From NCBI GenBank assembly GCA_004431415.1, contig QPMI01000494.1, positions 62,001-126,000 on the forward strand: 64,000 bases of DNA, read 5' to 3'. Below, piece by piece: positions 1-12,148 of the stretch. A program made the position numbers and the translations under genes. The notes under the pieces are model-generated. The model was not told the origin of the DNA and did not search any database. It saw only the letters and a list, made by a program, of their open reading frames with translations. The DNA is from Cyanophora paradoxa CCMP329 (Eukaryota; Plantae; Glaucophyta). The first letter of the stretch is position 1, and each line of letters starts with the position of its first letter.

Positions 1-970
1 TTTGGAAACGCACTTGTGGCGGCCGGAGGTACCGGATTCGTCGTACGCGGCGGCAAGGCCGCGCCACAGGTCGGGTGCCTGTACCCCCGCGGGGGGGCGA
101 AGCCGCGAGAGGAACTTATCCGCCTGCGCGGCGGTCGGCCTCCGAATGGCTGGGGGAGGGGGGGGAAGCGGGGGAGGGGTACGTGGGCGAGGCTCTTCTC
201 GCAGAGGGGTACGGCGTGCGGGCTGCAGTGCTCCGGCTCGGCCGCGAAGCCTGCAGACAGCGCGCCGATCAGAACCAAGAAGCGAAGAGGAGGCGGGGGG
301 GGCGGGGGGGGAAGGACGGGGAGGGAAGAAGTCGAACGGGGGTACGCGCACCAACGATGCCGAAGCGCGCGTCGCGGGGCAGGGAGAGGAGGGCGAGGCG
401 CACGGCGGCCTTGGCCTGCTCCAGCCTGCGCGCGGCGCCGGCCCGGCCCGGCCCCGGGGCGAGAGGGTGAGAAACTCGAGCTAGTTCCTAGGCCTTGATC
501 CTAGGATTGCGTTTAGACGCGAGACCTAATCATAACCTAATCTCTCAAGCAGCTCAAGAAGCGATTCCTAAGCTCTCCGGAGTGCGTTAAGACGCCAGCT
601 GCAGATCGGCGCACCGCTCGCGGCCCAGCGTGGCGTCGATCGCGAAGCAGAGCTCCAGGCCGGACCCGGCGGGATTAGAACCGGGCCAGGCGGGGACGGC
701 GCTCAGCGCGAGGGCGGCGGGGCCCAGGTCCGCCCCGTCGCGATCGGCGAAGGCAAAGGCGGCGGCCGCGGGGCCGGAGAGGGGTGCATCAATCACGACG
801 GCGCAGCCGGCGCGGGGCGCGCGCTGCCGGATTCGAAGTCAGGCCCATGAATCAGATCAGATCGAATTCGATCGGATCGAGAGGCGTGACTCACGATGGG
901 GCCGATCCTCGCGTGCACGACGTCGCCCTCGACCGGCGAAACCGCTGCGGCGAATTCGATCGATCACGCT

Positions 971-1006
<36 letters not shown>

Positions 1007-1860
1007 GGTGTACCGAGGAGGGCGCCGTGGGTCGGGGAACGGAGGGGCCCAGGGCGAGCGGGGGCGGGGCGACGAATGCCACGTCAACCTCAAGACTCGC
1101 GCTCGAATCCTGCCGTGAACATTAGGCTTGGCCTGAATGATGGGGCGCGGAGGAGAGGGAGGGGGAGGTGGGGGAGGGGAGGGGGGGGGGGCGGGGAAGG
1201 GCGCACGGGGGCGGCAAGGTCGGGGGCGAGGAAGCAGGGGGGTACGGCGAAGCGGACGGCGCCGTCGCCGGCGGCTGGCAGCTCGCACAGCAGATCGATT
1301 GTGGCCGTGAATTGATCGCCGGGCGCCAGCGTCAGGCGCCGGTCGCCGCCCTCCAACACCACTACGCCATCCTCGCCCAAAGCTGCTGCCGGTGCCGCCG
1401 CAGCCGCCTGTCCGTGTGCGCCGGCAGTCGGGAGAGCCTCGCCCGCCGCGGCGGCCGCGGCGACCGCGGCGGCCGCCGTTACGGCATCTTCGGGCTTTGG
1501 GAGGCGTCCGGCGACGCTCCAGGCGCGCTCTCCGGCCCCGAGCCGCGCCCGGAAGCCGCAACACGTGGCCCCGTCAGGAATGGCGAATCGGAAGGATACG
1601 TCCGCCGTGCGATCTCCGTCGTTCAAGAAAAGCTGACAGACTGCGATGAAGGTGCGTTAGGTGCGATCGGGGCGAGAGGCACGCGCGCTCGCTGGCGGGG
1701 AATTGATCCGCCGACGGCAGCCGGCGTCACGGCGCGTCGGCGGCGCGGCACGTCCACCCTCACCTGTCAGAGAGCAACTGAACCCTTCGATGGTTGCGGA
1801 GACGGTGCATGACTGCAGGGGCAGTGCCTGGCCGTCCCGGCTGACGAGTCCAGCTGGCAT
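1..1860 (-). CDS. VIT + von Willebrand factor A domain protein (VWA5A/BCSC-1-like); multi-exon, runs off window start
   Basis: ATG at 1860. Spliced reading gives VIT-like MPAGLVSRDGQALPLQSCTVSATIEGFSCSLT...FLNDGDRTADVSFRFAIPDGATCCGFRARL, then vWA-like ELCFAIDATLG / LEQAKAAVRLALLSLPRDARFGIVG / FAAEPEHCSPHAVPLCEKSLAH, separated by gt...cgcag introns. Confidence 0.8.
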
Positions 1861-3170
1861 AGCGCCGATCCGCTGCGCTGCGGGCCGATCCTGCTGCTCT
1901 TGAAGTTGCCTGGCACCGTAGCTGCTGCGCTACAGCCTCAGGCTTGTTGATCTGGTCGCCGAAGACGGGCGATCCGATGGCGATTGATAACGCATTGTAT
2001 CCCCCTGCGGGCCATTCCCCCTACCATCCGCCGGGTGGACGGCGCGCGCGTTGCCGCGCATACGTATTATATAGGTGTGCACTGTGCAGTGCTGCAGCAC
2101 TGCTGCTGCATCGTGCGCGTGCTGCATCATCCTGCATGATCGAGTGTCGTACCCCTATGCCACCTATTCGATCCCCGCCGCGGCGCCGGGCCGATCGATC
2201 TAGCTCCGCGAGCCTCCCGGAGGGCCGCCAGCCTCAGGCCCTGGCTCAGGGCCGGAGGGCCGGAGACTCCGGAGTCCGCCCGGCGCCCGGTCCGATCATC
2301 GGATGTCCGAGAGGCTTAGTCCCGTAGGTTCATCTCTCGACTTGACACAGATGGACCGTCGGACACCTCAGTTGTATGATGAACTTGTATCTCTATAAGC
2401 TAGCCATTTGTCTCGGTGACAGAGTCGGTGTGTGCGAATTCATTTATATTCGATCCCCGACAAGCTTGAAACAAAAAACAAAAAACTCTAGATCTGTGCC
2501 ACCTTTTCGATCCCCGAACAAACAAAAACAACGAACAGAGCCACAGTTACTAACAGACTAGTAGTAACTACTAGTAAGTACTAGTAACAGTTACAGTCTT
2601 TAAGTTACCGTACCGTATAGTACAGACTGTACAGTTACAGTCGAAGTCGACTAAGGTCCGGCGCCGGACCGGCGGCTCCGGCGGCGGGAGTCCGGCCGAG
2701 CCGCTGGAAACAGCGGCGCGTGGGGACTGTTTAATTTCTGGCCCAGCGGGGGGGCCTGGGGGGCAAGTTCCCGGGCAACCCCCTCCCTGCCTGGCCGGAC
2801 CTATCCGAGCAAATTGTTTTACAGTCGACTCGGCGAAGTCAACGCGTACGTCGCGAGTCGCGACTCGCGAGTCGCGACGGTGTTGATCGACACAATGACG
2901 TGCGCATGCGCCACGGTGCGAAATGAAGTCTCGAGTCTCGATCTCGACGAACTTTTCTACGTTCACTGTGGAAAAGAATAATTCGGACTTCGCCAAAACT
3001 GCCACTTTAACAGCTGGTAAATTCTTAGTACTAGCAGATCAGCCCGGCCAGGGATTCATGCAGCCTTCGCAGGGCTTTTGTATGGCGGAGACGGGACTAC
3101 CCCTACAAATTCTCTACTTTATCATGATCATAGTATACTAGTATAATTAGCAGGCGGGAAATATTTAGTA

Positions 3171-3295
3171 GATCGCTGTATTTTGTGCTACTTTACTGTA
3201 TCTAGATCTTTGATTTGTGATTGCTTTGTTGTCCTTAATATCACTATATAGCTACCTACGGGGGGTTCGCCCCACCGTAGTCTCTCGAAAAAAAC
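3171..3295 (+). mobile_element. 5'-truncated 3' end of a poly(A)-tailed non-LTR retroelement/SINE (family A)
   Basis: Near-identical to 60866-60980. Terminal hairpin ctacg-ggggg-ttcg-cccca-ccgtag at 3256-3280, then A8 at 3288-3295. Possible decayed TSD tttagta (3164-3170 / 3297-3303). Confidence 0.7.
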
Positions 3296-4448
3296 TTTTA
3301 GTACTATAAATATGCATGCGCAGCCCACTAAATATTTCTACTAGGCTGGTTCAACAGTATATACGTAGTAGCTATAGCTATAGTAGTATACGTACCGGAG
3401 TAGTAGCTACTAGCTATACCGGCCGCGGTCGACGTACCGGTACTATGCTATTAGCTAGGAGCCTCGGAGAGTCCGAGGCTCGTGGAGCTCCGAGCTTGAC
3501 GCTGCTCGAGGAGTTACGGGCGCGGCCGCCGCGGCCGCGGCCGCCGGGTCGGCGGCGCTCGGCGCTGCCGCAGTACTAGTGCGAGCCTGCGACTCGGCAT
3601 TGAGTCGGCAAGCTTAATTTATAAGCTGCTAAATCAGTGCGGTGCCGCGCGCATATGCATGCAGTGCGGTACTACGGAGACGTCGACGTACCGAGTACTA
3701 CCGACGGTACCGGTACTATATATACTATTAGCTAGGAGCCTCGTTCGCCGAGTACTAGTCGAGCTCGAGAGGCTAATCATCATGATGAATCATTGATGAT
3801 AGCTAGACAGCGAGGCTCGTAGGAGCGCTCTGCAGCGCGTCGACGCCGTGACGAGGACGTCGACGCGTACGTCGATATCGATGATCGATGATATCCGAAT
3901 CCGAAAAATTGAATTTCATTCTAGCATGCGATCGCGGTTCGCGATTCAGCGTACGGTACGATGCAGAACAGATCATCGGATCGTTAGTATTCGTTACTAG
4001 TACTACGGTACGAATTCGGTTTTTGTCGAATTCGGCAATCTTACTACGCGGCAATTTAACAACGCCTACCGGTACAGACTGTACAGTACGCGTATGGTTC
4101 GGTGCGGCGTGCGCCGCACGGTACGGACCGTATACGTACTACGGACCTACGGACCAGTCTACGGTACGGACCGTCAACGTTACGCAGCAAAGTCAGAACA
4201 GCCGCTGCAGCCTGCAGCTAATTATAAGTCAGAAGTTCTCCGAACAGCCGCGAGCGGTGAGCGCTAGCGCTGCAGCAAAGTCAGATTCGGACCGGAACAG
4301 CCTGCGAAGCTGGCTGCAGAATTTGAAGCGGACGAGCTGCTTCCTTCCAAATTCGAAATTCGACCGTCGGACCGTGGAACCGCCGGACCGGACAGCTCAG
4401 CGGCTGCAGCGTTGATTACGTTCAGCTCTAGAGAACTTTTGCATCGGA

Positions 4449-6116
4449 ATGCGCGCAAGTACGTATACAGCGCGCTCCGCGCTGCGGGCGGTCTGCCTCG
4501 CCCTCGCGCTCGCCGCGGCGGCGGCGGCCATCACCTCCACGGGAGTCCCTCCCGGCGGATACATCGCCTCCGCGGCCCCCGCGGCGTTCAATGTCAGAGT
4601 TAGGGCCAACGTGTCGAACGATCTCCCAATGTGGTGCGAGCGATATATATCAATATATATCCGCCTAGCTCGCTGCAGCTGCTCGACCGCGCGCTGCCGT
4701 GCGCATGCACACACATAAGCGCACGCGTATATATACGAGCAGTAGTATACGTACTCAGGCAGGCGCGTGCGCATGCGCAGGACAATCCACGCGGCCGCGA
4801 AGGGGGATCGCATCCAGCTGGAGTTTTCCTCGGCATATGGTGATGTGGCTAGCGAATCTTCCACAAGCTTCACTGGCACTGGGGGCAATTTCTTACGGGT
4901 GCGTACCGTAGTACGGGTATCGATGGCCTTATACATGCATGCCATGATGCATGTGCAACATGCACGTATACGTAGGGATACAAATTCTCCTTAAAATAAT
5001 CTCACATTTGCATGTATATTTACGTATACGTAGGTGGTCGACCTTGGGGCATCGCCGCCCGTTCTGCTGGCGGCCTATGTCAACGCGTCGTCGCTCCCGA
5101 CAACGTTCACGAGCGCCTCGGATGTTTTGCTTGTAATGGCCTTTCAGACTAGTATCAGTGGCACGGGAGGACCCTTTTTCGAGTTTGCATTCAACGCGAC
5201 GTACAAGAGCATCGCCGCCGATGGTGCGCAATTAATATTGCAAACGATGGTGAACGTTTAACTTTCATATGCACGCCCCGGGGCGCGCGGCTGCCGCTCC
5301 CATCCTTAAGTTAAATTCTTAAGCTTGCATTATTTAATTGAGCTCATAATCAAGCCGCGGCTGCAGATATCGATGCGGCTCCGCCCAGCCCATCCGCAGA
5401 CTCGCAGCTGCAGTTTGTACGCGACAATTCTCCCAATTACAACAGTCCGACATCGATTAGCACCATGTACAACAACATCCCGAAAAGCTTCCATTCCTCG
5501 ATGGCCAACGTTACTTCTGGTCCTCCGATCGCGATTGACGTGCCACAAACCTATCCTTTGAACTCCCTGTGGTTCTGGTTCGCATCGCGATATCTGATTT
5601 AAATCTAAAACTCTTCTTTTCAGCTCCGGCGCTTATAGCTAGCAATATATCATGAACCTAACTATGCAGCTCCTCATGTTAGTTCTTGGGTTGAGATTTC
5701 AAGATATGATGTGCACGTGTCTGATTTACGGGCGCCCGACAGGCGTATCAAGCTGGAGCCATATTTATCAAGCTGCGGCACGATCAACCTCACGATCGCC
5801 AATTTCGACTTCGAGAATAACTTCGACACTCTTTACGTGAGCTCGCGGTCGCCATCTTGATCTAATTTTTGCATTTGAACAGAGCGCAGATTCTCGAGCT
5901 GAACGAAACAGCCCTCCCCGGAGTGAATGCCGTCGTCCGGCTTGGCACGCTGACCGGAACTGGCGGTAACAGGAGTTTCAAGACGACCGGCACCGAGATG
6001 ATCGTCATCTTTATCTCGGACTACAGTAGTGCCAGAAACGGCATGAAGGCGACCGCAGCTCTACCGGTGTCGTGCTCCGGGGCGAGCCCGTCCCCCAGCC
6101 CGAGCCCAAGCCCGTC

Positions 6117-6155
<39 letters not shown>

Positions 6156-7663
6156 CTCCCCCTCGCCGCCTCCCAGGTCCGACTTAGTCTTCGAATTGAT
6201 TTCGATCCTCTAGATCTTTTCAATCATCCGATATCGATCCATGTCCTCTTTCGCGCAGCCCGTCGCCGTCGCCCTCGCCATCGGCACCCCCCTCTGAATC
6301 TCCGTCCCCGTACCCGTCCCCGTCCCCGTCCCCCTCGACCTCGGCCTCCATTTTCGCTGTCAACGGCGTTCAGGTGCATAATTTTTGTGAAGCGTCAGTT
6401 TTGACGTTAGCCAGCGGCCGCGGGGAGCCGACCGCGCGCGCCCGGCCCGCGTGCGCAGTTTGACGCCTCTTCCTTCACAAGAATTACCGTGCGATCCACT
6501 TCCATCGTATAATTATGATATCGAGAAATGTTTAGCTGCAGGCCTAGCTATAAAGGCGCTTCCGCGACGGATTGCATTTATAATTAGCTAATGGCATCGT
6601 AATCGCAGGAAAATGGCGTGGAGACCTTAGTGCTCGACGTCAGAACCCCTGTGCTCTCCGGCAAGCAGGTGACCATGATTGATATCGCTGAGATTGTATT
6701 TAACCTTTTTTTTTGTCCCTGTCCGCGCAGGACGGCTCTACCACCGTGTCGCTCACTGTCCTGGGCTTCTCGGGCCTGACCGTGCGCTCGGTACCTTGCA
6801 CATAATTATAAACAGCTACAGCATATAAACACGCACTATATTTACAAATAAAATGCCTGGGGTTCTAGATCTAGAGCAATGCCCAAGGCAGACGTCGAGA
6901 GGTCTACATAACATGTACAATTGATGGGAATCAATTGCAAGCGCGCGCGTCCGCCCTCACGAACTGCGCTCGCGCAGGCGAACGCGTCGGTGCGGGTGTA
7001 CATCGTGAACGATGCGGGGGCCAAGTCGCCCTCCGCCGCCAACGTCTCCATCGCCCCTTCGGCCGCCAACCCCGGCCTCTTTGTCCTAACGTTCAGTGCG
7101 CGCTTGAGGGCCCTAGGCCTGGACCTGCCGGCCCCGCTTTTGATCCGACTTCTCACCGGGCTCTGCAGCGGCCCCGCCCATGACCGCGGCCGCCCGCCGG
7201 CGCCTCTTGCAATTGTTCAAGGCCAACACCCCGGTGCAGCGTACACGTACCCCTTAAATAAGAATAATGTAATAGTGACCGGTACCCCCTTCTCTATTGC
7301 AGTACCACGTCCGGGTCGAGCCCGACTCTCCCCCGTACTACATCTTCAGAAACGTGCGTGTACCCCAGGCCTGACCTGGCCCACCCCGACCCGGTCCGAG
7401 AAATATTAATGGGTCGGGGGTGGGGGGGTTCAGGCCTTCACGTACCAACCTGCGACCGCGGCCGCGGCCGGCGCCGCTGGCGTCGCTGGCGTGCCCTACT
7501 GGCAGAGCGCGGCGGCGACGGCGGCCCCTTCGGTGCGCCCGGGCGCCGGCGCCCAGCCGCTGAGCCCCCATTGCCCTCCGACCGCGTCCATCGCTGAAAG
7601 CCATCGCAGGGCGGCCCGCTCTTCGCGCTGAGCCTCCTGGTCACGCTGGCTGCGGGGCTCTAG
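4449..7663 (+). CDS. Secreted/surface protein: signal peptide, two CUB-like domains, (SP)n linker, beta-rich domain, RRLL motif, hydrophobic C-terminus (GPI-like); multi-exon
   Basis: N-terminus MRASTYTARSALRAVCLALALAAAAAA. CUB signature NFDFENNFDTLY/ILEL...LGTLTGTGGNRSFKTTGTEMIVIFISDYSSARNGMKA. SPSPSP repeat ~6086-6175. AARRRLLQ ~7190-7215. Last exon GGPLFALSLLVTLAAGL* (TAG 7661-7663). Confidence 0.75.
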
Positions 7664-8275
7664 AGCCGACCCAGCGGTCTCGGATATCGATCGGCCGCGG
7701 GTCGGGCCGCGGCCGCGCCGGGCCGCCACGTATACGTATACGTATACAAGCCTCGAGCTCGCACTCAGAATATCGATACTATGATATCGATCCGGCGCGA
7801 CCGTCGGACTCGCGATCGTTGCGATCGCAATTGAAGTCATTCAGCGTTCGCGATGGAATTCGAATTCGAACACTCGAAATAAATCCGCAGCTAGCGCCAA
7901 AGAACTTCGGAATAGTCGGCGTGCTTTCGCTCTCTTTCGGTATCGCCTTCGTATCGGGCCCTGATCATGAGCCCTAAATCGTATACCGCCCCTGCTACAG
8001 CTAGGTCGACGTCGCCCACATGCATTGTAATTATAATTGTAATCGCTCTTGGGCTCGCGATCGGTTTGATTTATTGAGGGGCGCTACGTATGCTAAGACT
8101 TTCAAACTACTGAATCTATCGATGCTGATAGCTTCCTACGGCGATTCGAGGTTAACGCCTAGGTGAAAACGAAGCATGCGGACAGCGGGCAGCAAGTGCA
8201 AGGACATGTACAGCTGCGAATCCGGAAACAGATTCGAAAGGGCGAACCCCGCGAAAGGCCCGGGCTTGGCTAGGC

Positions 8276-10860
8276 CTAGGCGGCCGCGGTTCCGGCCCCG
8301 GAGCCGCCAAGGGGCGCGGGCCCGGGGGTCGGAGAGGAGGCAGAGCCGCGCGGGGCGGCCGGCTTGGGGCGCGGGGAGAGCGACGCGAGGTACTGCGCCA
8401 GTGTACCCCCCGTGGCCTCCCCGCACAGCGCCCGCATGAACTCCCGGGTACGGCTGAAGCGCCGCCTCGCTTCGATGTACTCCATCGCCTGAGGGCACCG
8501 AAATGTAAGCGCAGGGGGGTGGGATGTAGGCAAGGGGTACGCTGCCGCGAAGGGCGCGCCTCGCCGTAGGTCCGGGGTACGACGGGCCGGACGGGGTGCT
8601 CCGGCCCGGGCGAGCCGAACGTGAAGGTCAGCGCCGTCGTCAGCCTGCCGGGGTACGCGTTTTCAGCGGGGGAGGGGTACGCGGGCGGGGGGGGCTTCCG
8701 ACGCACGTCCGCTTCCCAGTGTCGACGTCGAGCTGGTCGGCGGTCACCTGAACCTGAGAGTGCACGCGGCTCGCTCCCGGCACGAGGAAAACCGGGGGGG
8801 GGGGGGGGGGGGGGGGGGAGGGTAAGTGAACCTGGAGCGTCTCGCCCCCCGGGGGCGTGTACACGACCTTCCCGCGGAAGCTGACGAGGGTACCGACGAG
8901 CGCCGGTTTCAAGAAGTGTATGTCGTCGACCTGGATCAGATTCGGATCAGATCAGATCATGTCAAGTTAGATCAGATCAGATCTGAGCGCACGACGACGG
9001 GGACGGGGACAGGGGTACGCAGGTGAAGCGACGCCACGCTCCACGCGAGGTCAAAGCCGAGCCGCATCACGTACCCTGGGCGCCCGACTCACTCCCCCCG
9101 GGACACAGGAAGGGAGGGGTACCGCACCTCCGAAGATCTTCCCGTGAATATTGCGCTTCTGCGATGCGATAAGAGAGATTTTAGGAAAGGGCCCCGGCCG
9201 GATTCGAACCTGGGGGTGCATGAGCACGACGCTCTCGAGCGCAGTCGCGTCCATGTGGACCCAGTCCTGGGTTGTACCCCCCTCTGCGGAGAGTCGGCGT
9301 TGTAGGACGGGGGGACGGAGTAGCGGGGGATACAACGGCGCACGCGCGGAGCTGTTCGAAGCGGTGAAGAGGGAGTGGATGATCGCCAGCTCCTCGGGCG
9401 TGGGGGGTACCGTCTTCAGACTCGACGCCTTGGGGCGGGCGGGCGGTCGGCTCTCGGCGCGGCGGCGGAGATCGGGCTCGGGGGGGGGAAGGGATGGGGG
9501 GGCGCACCACGTCCTGTTTTCGGTACTCCTGGCGTCCTGCACGGGGGGTAAGTGCGGCCGCGGGCCTCGGAAAACGGGGAGAGCCCCCCCCCCCCTGGAA
9601 ATCGAACCGGAGCCGTGGGAGTACAGCTCGCGATCGCGCTCCGTGATGGGATTCAAGGGGTTGACCTGGCCCGAGCCCTCAACAAACAAGAGCCTGTGGC
9701 AGCTAAAGAGGGGGGGGGGGGGGGGGGGGGGTACCTGCACGGGCTTCTGCGTGCCACGGTCCAGGGATACCATTAGGACCGTCGCGCGGAGGTTCAGCGC
9801 CCAGTGCCCGCCCTCGTCCTTCTGGCAGCACTCGATCGTGACCTGCGGGGGGTACGGCCGCTCGGGGAAAGGGGGGGGGGGCGGAATGCAAGGGGGTACG
9901 GTACGCGCCTCTACGGAGGAGCGGCCAACCCAGGAAACGTTGCCGCGCATGCGCAGGTCCTTGTGCGGATCGAGGCGCCGCACGAGCAGCACCCGATCGA
10001 AGGCGCCAGTGACGACTGTGAGCGGCCTGCGCGCGGAGGGGCCGGCGGGAAGGGTTGGCCTCGGCGGCGCAAACCGGCCGGCGCGGCGGAGGCGGAACCT
10101 GGATACGGTGATGTGGCGCATTGCGCATCGGTACGCGAACACGTCCATGTCCTCGAGGATGCGCCTGCGGGGCGGGAGCAGATCTAAAGTGAGCCCGCGC
10201 GCGACAGACAATGGCAAGGCGGCCGGCGACGCGGATCGGAGGCCGGCCCGCACCCGAAACGAAGGCCGTCGTAGAAGGAGATGTATTGGTCCCTGAGCTT
10301 CTCGTCCGTCGAGAAGGGAAGGATCACCTGCGCGCGATGCAGATCAAAAGTCGAGCCCGCAGACTCCGCACAGCGCGAGGCTTGTCTATACGCGCGTGGC
10401 TTCCTCTATTCTATGGCTATTCTGAGCGCCTGCGTTGGGCGCCATCGTTCGGCTGTCCGACGCACCTGCGTCTGGCTTTCTTCGGGTGTCCGCGGCCGCA
10501 GCTCGTCTTCTTCGGGGAGCAGGGCCGGGCGCGAAGGCGACCCGGAGGCGCTCGGAGAGCTCGCGCCCTCAAGCTCCTTGCCACGTACGAGGGCCCGCCG
10601 CCTGCGCAAGCAAGCGCGCGTTTACCATGAGCGTGACGGCGAGCACGTCATGGCCCCGTGAGGCCGATGCGGGCTTGTGCGAACCGAGCTCTGGCCTCCT
10701 CAAGGGCTGCAGGATCGTGCCCTCCGGCGCCCAAGTCTCGAAGATGGAGCGTAGCCATCGTCCGAGCTCGAGGGGAGCTAAGCAGGGGCGGCGGAGATGC
10801 GCATGTGCGTTGCACGACCTCCTGGAGGGCCTGTGGCGCCCGTGCGAGCCTCGCCAACAT
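8276..10860 (-). CDS. ACOT9: Double hot-dog fold acyl-CoA thioesterase, ACOT9-like, probably mitochondrial; multi-exon
   Basis: Exons encode RILEDMDVFAYRCAMRH, PLTVVTGAFDRV...DLRMRGNVSWVGRSSVE, MHPQKRNIHGKIFGG and VVPRTYGE/AMEYIEARRRF, which are ACOT9-family motifs. N-terminus MLARLARAPQAL resembles a mitochondrial presequence. The 5' exon structure is uncertain. Confidence 0.85.
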
Positions 10861-10937
10861 GCTTCTCCTTCAACCACTTTGAGTTCAAGTAGCCCCCCCT
10901 GGTCGTCCCCGGCGTCCCGACGTCCTCAGACATCCTG

Positions 10938-11210
10938 ATGCCGAACCGCGGGCCGCTCGTTTTGTCGATTGATGAGCTGGAGTACTTGCTGGACCAGCTT
11001 CCGGGTGCGCTGCTCGCCGCGCCGTCGCACCCGCTTTCCTGACCGCTCCGCAGCCCCGCAAGCGGATGAGGACCCCATGATGACGAAGCTGCGGGAGAAG
11101 ATCACACTCCTGCTCCGCGAGCTGCGCTCCGGCGCTGAAGGCGCGTCTCCCCGAGCTCGCGCGCCAGCGCCGCAGCCAACGCAGCAAATGCAGGCGCGGT
11201 GAAATCGTGA
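10938..11210 (+). CDS. Small (~55-70 aa) helical protein of unknown function, 2-3 exons
   Basis: MPNRGPLVLSIDELEYLLDQLP, a clean gtgcgc...ccgcag intron, then in-frame APQADEDPMMTKLREKITLLLRELRSGAEG. It ends either via a GC-AG intron in AVKS* (11210) or by read-through to a stop at 11202. Confidence 0.6.
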
Positions 11211-12148
11211 GCGCGTACCGCTATCACGCAGAGACTGGATGCGCGCTACTCAAGGCCTGCAAGCCCGGCCCGCGCCCCGGCGCGCCGCAGTCCATGCCCC
11301 GCGCGCCGCAGTCTTGGAGATCCTCCGGTAGTGGGCGAGGCTTGGCGGCGTCGTCGTTCAGGCGCCGGCATGGCTCAGTCATCACGCATCCGAGGCGCCT
11401 CGGCGTGCTGCGCCGGCGCCGTGCTGAGCTGTCGGGCTGGCGCCTTCACTCCCCCTTGTAACCGGCTTGTCCGCGCGCTCGATGTACAACGGACCGTCGC
11501 AATTCTGATCACATGAGTCGTAGAGCCGGCGCGCAGCCGAGCCGGCGCCCGACGCATGCGCCGGTCTCTAGAGCTCAGCTCCCTATAGCTTTAGCTAGTT
11601 GCTAAAACTATCACGCGAACTGCGAGGAGCCTAGCGGATCACTGGATCGAGAAGATTCGGAAAGAGCGCGTGCATGCAGCCGGTGCGGCGTCAAGAAAAC
11701 GGGCAAAGCTGAAGCTTAAGTCGACTGCATTGACTGGACAACAGGAAAACACAAAAGAAGTGTATATTAGCCGCTCCGAACTCTCGTGACCAAGCTGCAG
11801 CTGTGCCTTACAGACTTGAAGTACCGTGTTTGACGCTTCTCACGTCCGACCGCTGCATGGCTCCGAGTGCCGGGCCGGTGAAGCCCGAGCTCCCAGAAAA
11901 GAGTGCGGCTGGCAGCTTGGACAGCGGTCGGGAAGCGGACGAACAGGACAAGCCGCGAGCTTTTGAGAGATGAACGCTGCTGTCTGCTGGCTGGACGCGC
12001 GCGGCCGCGTGCCACGCGCCGCGTTGTTGCCGAGGAGCGAGGAAGCGTCGGCGGGCGGGCGGCGCGCTCTCTGCGGCTAGCTAGTCGGAACCGACGCGGC
12101 ATACAGCACGGGCGCATTGGCGGAGGACCTGTTGGGACTCTCCTGCGT

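Noticed and set aside
2060-4420. Dense 6-bp palindromes as selected restriction sites or a cloning artefact
   Set aside because: All triplet types occur, they overlap in alternating XYZ/rc phase, and they appear as polymorphic insertions in natural repeats. This fits a mutational origin.
9151-10296. 381-aa plus-strand ORF
   Set aside because: Antisense shadow of the ACOT9-like gene.
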